DNA from: Clostridia bacterium | GTDB lineage: Bacteria > Bacillota > Clostridia > Oscillospirales > CAG-272 | Length of the DNA stretch: 64,000 bases | Assembly: GCA_017461055.1 (NCBI GenBank) | Contig: JAFTZI010000056.1 | Location: 19,175 to 83,174, forward strand | Direction of reading: 5' to 3' | Shown: positions 34,589 to 41,832 of the stretch, piece by piece | Position numbering within the stretch: the first letter of the stretch is position 1 | Layout of the letters: the number at the start of each line of letters is the position of its first letter | Translations under genes and position numbers: made by a program | The notes under the pieces: generated by a model | Seen by the model: only the letters and a program-made list of their open reading frames with translations | Told to the model about the DNA's origin: nothing | Database searches by the model: none

Positions 34589-35200
34589 TTACACAAGGGA
34601 GACTTTTCTGCTAACCGTTACGTATGCGTGGTCTGTTTCAAAATTATTTATGATTTTAAGTTTTGATATTGAAAGATATCTACATATATCGTCAGGGTTA
34701 TCGGGATATATTTTTACTTTTCTGTCACCCATATCGATATATTCATTCTGATTTTTATCTATTGATAAAACGAAAACCCCGTTATTTGTCAGCAAAGTAG
34801 TAATTTTTTGTATAGCTGATAATTTATCTTCTATATGCATAAAGGTTAATGACGAATATATTACATCAAACTGTGCTTCAAATTCACAAGACATAAAATC
34901 ACCGCAAATAAGTTTTATATTTTTATACGTTGATAGATTTTCAGTTGCTCTTTGGATTGTCTTTTCGGAAATATCTATTCCACACAAACTTTTACAATTT
35001 GGTGCAACTTTTATAGCAAGTCGTCCTGTTCCTATTCCTATTTCCAATACGGATTTGCTTTTATCAAGCTGCATACTCTCGATAAACTTCTCTCCGTCCC
35101 ACTTATCCATATAATCTCTCAAAGGTTTAGGATCACGAGCAGGATCATTGTTTTCGTCAATTAGCTTGTTATAATGTTCAATCACATCTCTCATAAGCAT
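34589..35200 (-). CDS. Class I SAM-dependent methyltransferase
   Basis: ATG at 35200 (MLMRDVIEHYNKL) with GAGGAAAAGGAAG RBS region. Motif I VLEIGIGTGRLAIKVA; post-I DISEKTI; FDVIYSSLTFMHI. Confidence 0.8.
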   Translation of the reverse strand: MLMRDVIEHYNKLIDENNDPARDPKPLRDYMDKWDGEKFIESMQLDKSKSVLEIGIGTGRLAIKVAPNCKSLCGIDISEKTIQRATENLSTYKNIKLICGDFMSCEFEAQFDVIYSSLTFMHIEDKLSAIQKITTLLTNNGVFVLSIDKNQNEYIDMGDRKVKIYPDNPDDICRYLSISKLKIINNFETDHAYVTVSRKVSLV

Positions 35201-35376
35201 CTTCCTTTTCCTCTTTAAAATTATTGTCTTTATTATATCATAAAAACCGCAGAAAATCAATCTGCGGTTTCCGTTTTTGTGTCGGTAGGTAATGTACTCT
35301 CAAAACTGTCCTTAAGAGGAACAGCCCATTAGTCCGTAGAGGCTTTTCTAATTAATATGCCAATATTATAAATCAT

Positions 35377-36609
35377 TTATTTGTGCATCATTCCCGGCAG
35401 TACAATTTCCTTGTGTGAGTTTTTCGGCATTTTGCTCTCTCCCAAAATTACAGCAGGCTTAATTGCGCCCTTTCCAAATTCGTCATTGATTTCATCCAGA
35501 GCTGAATTTAATTTTTTGCGTCTTTCGTCCCTTTCGTAGTCGTGCAACAATATTGATTGAATAGGTGTGCCGCCTTGACTTAAATGAATTGCAGTTACCG
35601 TCACAGCTCTTATGCTTTGCTTAAAATCATAGCCTTCCACTAATAATTCATAAGCCACCTTTGAAATTGTCAATTCGTCTTGCACAGGGGCATCAAGCCT
35701 TTTTTGATATGAGCTGCAAAAAAGGTTCTTGTCCTTAACGGTAAGACAAACACCGCCTGCAAACAAATTCATGCTTCTTAATTTATAACCGATATCTTGA
35801 CACAAGGAAACTATTACCTTGTTTACTTCATCAGGACTTTCCAAATTTTCAACACAGGTAATTCCGTGCCCAAGTGATTTTGCAGGCGCGCAATAATCCA
35901 TATGCGCCACACGTGAATCGTCAAGGCCGTTTGCAAAATGCCAAAGCATATTTCCGTTTTTGCCAAGCTTGTTGGTAATATAATCAAGAGGAAGAGCGGC
36001 TAAATCACCAATTGTATGAACAGCCATTCTTTCAAGAGCTTTAGTTGTCTGCCTTCCGCAATATAAAAGCTCGGAGCAGGGAAGAGGCCATATTTTTTCC
36101 TTAAAGCTTTCCCTTGTAATTTCGGTAATGGCATCAGGCTTTTTTAAATCACTTCCCAATTTTGCAAAAACCTTGTTAAAGGAAACGCCAATGCTAACGG
36201 TGAGCCCAAGCTCGTCCTTAACTGCTTGCCTTATCTCCTCGGCAATTTCCATAGGAGCCTTTATGCTGTCGGTAACATCAAGCCAGCATTCGTCCATACC
36301 GTATGGCTCTATGCAGTCAGTATATCTTTCGTATATTCCGTGTAAAAGCTTGGAAAAACGGACATAGTAATCAAATCTCGGAGGAACAATTACCAAATCG
36401 GGACATTTTTGCAAAGCCTCCCAATTGGGCATTCCTGTGGTAATACCGGCTTTTTTGGCAAGCTCACTTTTTGCAAGCACAATTCCGTGTCGCTCCTCGG
36501 TATTTCCGCAAACAGCCACAGCCTTGTTTTGTAAATGTGGCTGAAGCACCATTTCACAGGATGCGTAAAAGCAATTTGCATCACTGTGTAAAATAGCTCT
36601 ATCCTTCAT
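35377..36609 (-). CDS. Y-family (translesion, UmuC/PolY2-like) DNA polymerase
   Basis: ILHSDANCFYASCEMV (catalytic Asp and FYAS motif), YERYTDCIEPYGMDECWLDVT, SIGVSFNKVFAKLGSDLKKPD, and a little-finger region. 410 aa. Overlaps the upstream small ORF by 11 nt. Confidence 0.9.
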   Translation of the reverse strand: MKDRAILHSDANCFYASCEMVLQPHLQNKAVAVCGNTEERHGIVLAKSELAKKAGITTGMPNWEALQKCPDLVIVPPRFDYYVRFSKLLHGIYERYTDCIEPYGMDECWLDVTDSIKAPMEIAEEIRQAVKDELGLTVSIGVSFNKVFAKLGSDLKKPDAITEITRESFKEKIWPLPCSELLYCGRQTTKALERMAVHTIGDLAALPLDYITNKLGKNGNMLWHFANGLDDSRVAHMDYCAPAKSLGHGITCVENLESPDEVNKVIVSLCQDIGYKLRSMNLFAGGVCLTVKDKNLFCSSYQKRLDAPVQDELTISKVAYELLVEGYDFKQSIRAVTVTAIHLSQGGTPIQSILLHDYERDERRKKLNSALDEINDEFGKGAIKPAVILGESKMPKNSHKEIVLPGMMHK

Positions 36610-36856
36610 ATGCCTTTACCGAAAACCACATATTGCTGTGTGGCTCAAAATAAATCTTTTTTTCATTTCCCTCAACAATAACAGTGTACTGTATAGGCGC
36701 AACACAGCTTACCACACGGGGACAGTACCTTTTTATATCAACAATTTTATCAATATTAAAAATCCCCTCGGCGGTAATTATCTTTTTTGGCTTTACAGAG
36801 CCATCCTTCATAAACAGCGCATTAATTGTTAAGGGTATTCTTTTGTATTCTGCCAT
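36599..36856 (-). CDS. Small protein (85 aa) translationally coupled between lexA and the Y-family polymerase; family unknown
   Basis: Its ATG overlaps the lexA stop (TAATG) and its 3' end overlaps the polymerase start by 11 nt. I could recognise no similarity to YolD or UmuD. Confidence 0.55.
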   Translation of the reverse strand: MAEYKRIPLTINALFMKDGSVKPKKIITAEGIFNIDKIVDIKRYCPRVVSCVAPIQYTVIVEGNEKKIYFEPHSNMWFSVKAYEG

Positions 36857-37452
36857 TATAAATTCTTAATCACCTTTGTAGCCACACCCTGTATATATAG
36901 CTCGCTTACATAAAAATCCTGCATAGAGCTGTTTTCGGGATGAAGCCTTATTCTTTTGTTCTCGGGCTCGGGAAAATATCTTTTAAGAGTATTTTTACCG
37001 TCAGCCAAAGCAACAATAATATCTCCGCTTTTTGCGTGATTTTGCTTTCTTATAACAACCAAATCTCCATCGTCAATTCCCGCCTCGGTCATAGATTCTC
37101 CGCTTGCGGTAAGAATGAAAAACTCACCCTTGCCCAAAAAGGAGCTTGGAAGCTTAATGTAGCTATCAACATATTCCTCTTCCTCGGTTAAAGGGCCGCA
37201 GGGAATAAAGCCAAGCAACGGAACAGAAACAAAGGTTCTTTCCGATTTTGCAATATGGTCGGTTTCAATACCGTACTTGCCATTTCTGATAATTCCCATA
37301 TCACGCATAGAATCAAGATACCTCTGCACCGTGCTTTTTGGCGTGCCTATAACAACGGAAATATCGCGAACGGAAGGAGAATATCCGTTTATGTCAAAAA
37401 AGTTATCAATACATTTTTTTATTTTAGTGAAAAGCTCCTCGTTTTTAGCCAT
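36856..37452 (-). CDS. lexA: LexA-type repressor (wHTH plus S24 autopeptidase)
   Basis: ATG at 37452 with GGAGG RBS. N-terminal wHTH YSPSVRDISVVIGTPKSTVQRYLDSM. Predicted cleavage site PCGP (Cys-Gly, as in UmuD, rather than Ala-Gly). Ser in ASGESM and Lys in NTLKRY. The track N-terminal extension (to 37521) runs through the promoter. Confidence 0.85.
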   Translation of the reverse strand: MAKNEELFTKIKKCIDNFFDINGYSPSVRDISVVIGTPKSTVQRYLDSMRDMGIIRNGKYGIETDHIAKSERTFVSVPLLGFIPCGPLTEEEEYVDSYIKLPSSFLGKGEFFILTASGESMTEAGIDDGDLVVIRKQNHAKSGDIIVALADGKNTLKRYFPEPENKRIRLHPENSSMQDFYVSELYIQGVATKVIKNL

Positions 37453-37470
37453 AACAACCTCCAAAAAAGA

Positions 37471-37491
37471 ATTGGGACACTCTGTCCCAAT
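37471..37491. promoter_or_regulatory. Candidate operator: 9-bp perfect inverted repeat directly downstream of the lexA -10
   Basis: ATTGGGACA (37471-37479), ctc, TGTCCCAAT (37483-37491). It sits between the -10 (37493-37498) and the RBS. It is not the Firmicutes GAAC-N4-GTTC SOS box. Confidence 0.5.
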
Positions 37492-37492
37492 C

Positions 37493-37521
37493 ATTATACC
37501 AAATAAAAATCCCTTTGTCAA
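37493..37521 (-). promoter_or_regulatory. Consensus sigma-A promoter of the lexA cassette
   Basis: Minus strand TTGACA (37521-37516), 17 nt, TATAAT (37498-37493). Confidence 0.6.
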
Positions 37522-37530
37522 TAGGAAAAT

Positions 37531-37567
37531 AAAAAAATCGTATCAGTCAAAACCGATACGATTTTTT
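37531..37567 (-). terminator. Rho-independent terminator after the P-II-like gene
   Basis: A7, then ATCGTATC (37537-37544), 10-nt loop, GATACGAT (37555-37562), then T6. It is symmetric, so usable on either strand, and sits directly after the stop at 37569. Confidence 0.75.
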
Positions 37568-37568
37568 G

Positions 37569-38240
37569 TTATATCTTAAATACCTTGTCAACAGGCACGG
37601 AAAGAACTGTGCCCTGTGCCTCGGACTTTAGTCCGAATCCATTGTTAACATCCTCAAGAATTTGATTTCTTACACTGCTCGGAGCAAGAATGGTAACAAT
37701 TTCCTTTTCATCATTCAGCTTTGTATTGGCATAAGCCTCAATTTCCTGCGCCTCAGCCAAACGCGCCTTGATTACAGTACCACCCGTAGCGCCTGCCTTT
37801 TTTGCTGTTTGCATAACATCATCGGAATAACCGCGGTTAACTGAAATTAAAATAAGACTGTACTCAAATTCACTGTGCATATTGCTTCCATCCCCCTTTG
37901 CAATATCCTTACTGTTTCTTTTGATTATTTCTGCTGTAATTCTGCTGAATGCAGAGGGAGAAATAACCATTGCAAGACCGTTATAGCCCATTGTAGCGCC
38001 GACCATTTTGCTAAGCTCACCGCTTAAGGAGTCAATGGCGTTGTACGTGCCAAAGCTTAGCATAATGTCCTTGTCATTGCTTCCAAGACCTAAAATGTCC
38101 ATCATTTCGGAAGAGGCAGTACCGTGACCTACAAATTGATAATGCAGATACAGACCCTTTTCCTTCATCATTTTAATATATTGCGCACCCTTACCACGTT
38201 GAATAATGGAGAGTAGCATTGTAATTCTGTCACCGTTCAT
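37569..38240 (-). CDS. Tandem P-II-like (GlnB-fold) protein, partner of the DUF1538 membrane protein
   Basis: Two halves with beta-alpha-beta character (MLLSIIQRGKGAQYIKMMKEKGL... and YSLILISVNRGYSDDVMQTAKKAGATGGTVIKAR...EKEIVTILAPSSVRNQILEDV). Its start overlaps the upstream stop. The assignment is from remembered gene-neighbourhood annotation and is not verified. Confidence 0.6.
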   Translation of the reverse strand: MNGDRITMLLSIIQRGKGAQYIKMMKEKGLYLHYQFVGHGTASSEMMDILGLGSNDKDIMLSFGTYNAIDSLSGELSKMVGATMGYNGLAMVISPSAFSRITAEIIKRNSKDIAKGDGSNMHSEFEYSLILISVNRGYSDDVMQTAKKAGATGGTVIKARLAEAQEIEAYANTKLNDEKEIVTILAPSSVRNQILEDVNNGFGLKSEAQGTVLSVPVDKVFKI

Positions 38241-39796
38241 TATGCAGCCTCCTCGTCGTAGTAAACGATACCGTCATCAATTTGCTCAAGCTCAAGATGA
38301 ATTTTCTTCATCATTCTGTCCTGCTTTGTTTTACCAATCAAGCCAAGAACCTGAATAGTAATAAGAGGAGTCATAGCAATCATAGCAACAATGCCAAAAG
38401 CATCTGTCATAACATTACCGCCCATAGCATTACAAGCGCCGATTGCGAATGGAAGAATAAAGGTAGTTGCCATAGGACCCGATGCAACTCCACCGGAGTC
38501 AAAGGCGATACCTGTATAAATCGGCGGAACAAAGAAGGTTATAATAAGCGGAATAATATAGCCAACTATCAAAATAGGCAAAATAGGAATACCTGTAAGA
38601 ACTCTTACCATTGAAATACCAACAGAAACAGCAACACCGATAGACAAAGCAATTCCTATTGATTTATGGGAAATAGCACCGTTTGTAACCTCTTCAACCT
38701 GTCTTTTCAAGGTGTGAACAGCAGGCTCGGCAGATACAACGAAGTAGCCGAGAATCATACCGATAGGTATAAGAGCAAGCTTGAATTCGCTTGAGGCAAT
38801 AACCTCGCCGATTAACTGACCCGCAGGCATAAAGCCAACATTTGCGCCAGTCAAGAAAAGAACAAGACCCACATAAGTGTAAGCAAAGCCAACCGAAATT
38901 CTTAAAACCTGATGCTTTTTAAATCTCTTGAATATAAGCTGATAAATAAGGAACATTCCTACAATAGGAAGAAAAGCAAGCGCCACCTCTTTAATATATT
39001 TTAGTATGCCTGTTTCAGGGTCTAAAAATCTTAAAAAGGCTTCGCGTGTGTTCATATCGTAGCTGATAGCATCGGCACCTTCGGTAACAGCCTCAGGCTT
39101 AACAACAAGACTAAGAATTAAAATTGACAAAATAGGTCCAATGGAGCAAAGAGCAACAAGACCGAAGCTGTCCTCAGCAGAGCGCTTATCCTTACGCATA
39201 GAGGCAAGACCTGCACCCAGAGCCATAATAAACGGAACAGTAATAGGACCCGTTGTAACTCCTCCGGAGTCAAAGGCAGTGGGAATAAAGTCAACAGAGC
39301 CAATATTAGTTCCCGGTATGTAAGGAAGTGTTGCCAAAATTAAAACAATAGTATAAAGGGGGACTAAAATATAAGAAAGTCTGATCTTAAATTTAGTCTT
39401 TATAAAGGCAACAGCCAAGAAAATACCAACGCCTATGGCAACAAGCAAAATCAAAAGCCAGTTGTTGATAGAAGGCACCTTTTCCGCAAGCACCTGTAAA
39501 TCGGGCTCGGCAATAGTAATAAGAACACCTACCACAAAGCAAATCAAAAAAGGAAGAATTTTTGTCTTTGATTTGGAAAGCTGAATACCTATACCCTCAC
39601 CGAGAGGCTCCATAGAAATTGAAGAGCCTATTGTAAATATACTCATTCCGAAAATAAGAAGCATAGCTCCCATAAGGAACATAACCATAACACCGGGCAT
39701 AACAGGGGCAATAGATATACTAAGCAATAAAACTATGGCACAAATTGGCAAAACCGAATGTAAGGACTCATTAATAGAAGCGTAAAGCTGACGCAT
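38240..39796 (-). CDS. Polytopic membrane protein with duplicated DUF1538-like halves
   Basis: ATG at 39796 (MRQLYASINESL) with AAGGGGG RBS. Repeated motif FDSGGVTTGPITVPFIMALG / FDSGGVASGPMATTFILPFAIG. More than 10 TM helices. Confidence 0.7.
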   Translation of the reverse strand: MRQLYASINESLHSVLPICAIVLLLSISIAPVMPGVMVMFLMGAMLLIFGMSIFTIGSSISMEPLGEGIGIQLSKSKTKILPFLICFVVGVLITIAEPDLQVLAEKVPSINNWLLILLVAIGVGIFLAVAFIKTKFKIRLSYILVPLYTIVLILATLPYIPGTNIGSVDFIPTAFDSGGVTTGPITVPFIMALGAGLASMRKDKRSAEDSFGLVALCSIGPILSILILSLVVKPEAVTEGADAISYDMNTREAFLRFLDPETGILKYIKEVALAFLPIVGMFLIYQLIFKRFKKHQVLRISVGFAYTYVGLVLFLTGANVGFMPAGQLIGEVIASSEFKLALIPIGMILGYFVVSAEPAVHTLKRQVEEVTNGAISHKSIGIALSIGVAVSVGISMVRVLTGIPILPILIVGYIIPLIITFFVPPIYTGIAFDSGGVASGPMATTFILPFAIGACNAMGGNVMTDAFGIVAMIAMTPLITIQVLGLIGKTKQDRMMKKIHLELEQIDDGIVYYDEEAA

Positions 39797-39910
39797 AAAA
39801 TACCCCCTTTGATAAAAATAAAAAACTATCTTAAATATTATACTATATATTAATAATAAAAACAACCGAAAAATCAAAAATTTAAAGATAAATAATAATT
39901 TCTTAAAAAT

Positions 39911-39938
39911 TGCACAAAAGGGTCAGCAAAACTGACCC
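39911..39938 (-). terminator. Rho-independent terminator after the MBL hydrolase gene
   Basis: Minus strand GGGTCAG, ttttg, CTGACCC (39938-39920), followed by ttttgtgca. Confidence 0.55.
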
Positions 39939-39987
39939 TAAAATTTATTTTTTTGCCAAAGGCTCTAATCCCAAACGAAGAGCAGCC

Positions 39988-40608
39988 TTACACCTCATCT
40001 CCAATAGTGGAGCTTCCGTAATGCCCGGGATAAAATGTTATATCCCTGTCCATAGAAAAAAGGCGTCTTAGGGAAGAATACATATCGGCAGTATTGCCAT
40101 ATTTGAAATCCGTTCTGCCATAGCTCCTTTTAAAAAGAGTGTCCCCTGTGAACATAATTTTGCTTTTTTCATCATATAAGCACATTGAGCCGGGAGTGTG
40201 CCCGGGAGTGTGCAAAACTTTAAAATTCATACACGTCTTGGCGCTTTTTTCTCCTAAAGTAAGTATATCGCCTTCCTTTACGTAGGTATAATTACAATCA
40301 TAGCAATGAGGAAAGCGTCCCCAGGAGGAAAGATTAGCTTCGGTGTCGTATAAAACCTGTTTTTCATCCACGTGGCAGACTATTTTTGCATTTTCAAACA
40401 CTTTTTCGTACTCCTCTGCATATTCTGCGTGGTCAAAATGACCGTGAGTAAGAACAACATATTTAATACTGATTCCATTCTCTGTCACAAAGGAAAGAAC
40501 AATGCTTGGGTCAACACCGCAGTCTATAATCATTCCTTCCTTGGATGTGCTTTCAAAAACAACGTACGTGTTTGTATCGAGAAGTCCGCAGGAAAATATT
40601 TTTATCAT
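39988..40608 (-). CDS. MBL-fold metallo-hydrolase (glyoxalase II-like)
   Basis: VVLTHGHFDHAE (HxHxDH motif), HTPGHTPGS, later GD and H ligands. 206 aa. AAGGAGA RBS. Confidence 0.85.
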   Translation of the reverse strand: MIKIFSCGLLDTNTYVVFESTSKEGMIIDCGVDPSIVLSFVTENGISIKYVVLTHGHFDHAEYAEEYEKVFENAKIVCHVDEKQVLYDTEANLSSWGRFPHCYDCNYTYVKEGDILTLGEKSAKTCMNFKVLHTPGHTPGSMCLYDEKSKIMFTGDTLFKRSYGRTDFKYGNTADMYSSLRRLFSMDRDITFYPGHYGSSTIGDEV

Positions 40609-40678
40609 ACTGTCTCCTTGTAAGTCATACTACATACATTTTACACTAAAAAAATTAAAACGTCAACATATAAAATTG

Positions 40679-40707
40679 TTGACAATCGTATTATGTTGTG
40701 TTATACT
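40679..40707 (+). promoter_or_regulatory. Putative pheST promoter
   Basis: TTGACA (40679-40684), 17 nt, TATACT (40702-40707). An inverted repeat GTCAACA-N8-TGTTGAC (40662-40683) overlaps the -35. Confidence 0.5.
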
Positions 40708-40765
40708 AACTGTTGAAATTTAATATTATATATTTTAAGTTTAATATACATTTTGGAGGTTAAAG

Positions 40766-41818
40766 ATGAACGAGCAGATAAACGAGCTAAAAAACCAGCT
40801 TGACGATCAGCTTAGTCAGGCTGCAAGCTTACAGGACATTGAGGCTATACGTGTTGCTTATCTTGGTAAGAATGGCTCAATTACAGAGCTTTTGAAGAAA
40901 ATGGGCGGACTTTCCCCCGAGGAAAAGAAAAGCTTTGGACAGGCAGTTAACGTGCTTAAGGGCTACGCTACACAGGCTATTACAGATAAAATTGAGGAGC
41001 TTAACAGAATTGAGCTTGAAAGAGAGCTTAACTCCTTCCCTGAAATTGATTTGAGCATTCCTACTCATCTTGTAAAGGGCTCATATCACCCAATTACACT
41101 TGTTCAGCGCCATTGCGAAAACGTTTTCCGTACAATGGGCTTTAACATTGAGGACTACAGCGAGGTTGTAACTGATTACGAGTGCTTTGAGGCTCTTAAT
41201 ATTCCTAAGTTCCATCCGGCTCGTGATATGCAGGATACATATTATCTTGAAAACGGTCAGCTTTTAAAATCCCATACATCTGCTGCGCAAAACGCAATTT
41301 ACAAGAAGTATAAGGATCAGCTTATAAATGAGGGTAAGCCGATTCGTGCAATATTCCCCGGCAGATGCTTCAGAAACGAGTCAACCGATGCTTGCCACGA
41401 AAATACCTTCTTCCAAATGGAAGGCGTTATGGTTGATAAGAACATTTCCATATCTAACCTTATTTTCTTTATGAAATCAATGCTCTCCGAGGTATTCCAA
41501 AGAGATTTAAAGGTAAGGCTTCGCCCCGGCTTTTTCCCATTCGTTGAGCCCGGCTTTGAGCTTGATATCAGCTGTGCCATCTGCGGCGGTGAGGGATGTC
41601 CTTCTTGTAAGCACAGCGGCTGGCTTGAGCTTTGCCCATGCGGTATGATTCATCCAAATGTACTAACCGAGGGCGGAATCGACCCTGATGAATATACAGG
41701 CTTTGCCTTCGGTCTTGGCTTAACACGTCTTGCAATGATGAAGTACGGTGTTAAGGACATTCGTGACCTTAACAGCGGCAATCTAACAAGCCTTGACCAA
41801 TTTACAGACGACAAATAA
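40766..41818 (+). CDS. pheS: Phenylalanine--tRNA ligase alpha subunit
   Basis: 350 aa. HPITLVQRHCENVFRTMGF, KFHPARDMQDTYYL, LLKSHTSAAQ, FPGRCFRNE..DACHENTFFQMEG, FAFGLGLTRLAMMKYG. Confidence 0.95.
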   Translation: MNEQINELKNQLDDQLSQAASLQDIEAIRVAYLGKNGSITELLKKMGGLSPEEKKSFGQAVNVLKGYATQAITDKIEELNRIELERELNSFPEIDLSIPTHLVKGSYHPITLVQRHCENVFRTMGFNIEDYSEVVTDYECFEALNIPKFHPARDMQDTYYLENGQLLKSHTSAAQNAIYKKYKDQLINEGKPIRAIFPGRCFRNESTDACHENTFFQMEGVMVDKNISISNLIFFMKSMLSEVFQRDLKVRLRPGFFPFVEPGFELDISCAICGGEGCPSCKHSGWLELCPCGMIHPNVLTEGGIDPDEYTGFAFGLGLTRLAMMKYGVKDIRDLNSGNLTSLDQFTDDK

Positions 41819-41832
41819 GGAGGGATGAGAAT

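Noticed and set aside
36599-36856. Calling the 85-aa protein YolD-like or UmuD-like
   Set aside because: Only its position suggests this. The sequence shows none of the motifs I associate with those families, so it stays unknown.
40609-40765. Expected T-box leader upstream of pheS
   Set aside because: Only about 58 nt lie between the -10 hexamer and the ATG, and no specifier, T-box or terminator elements are visible. I report only the promoter. The absence is noted but is not strong enough to be a finding.
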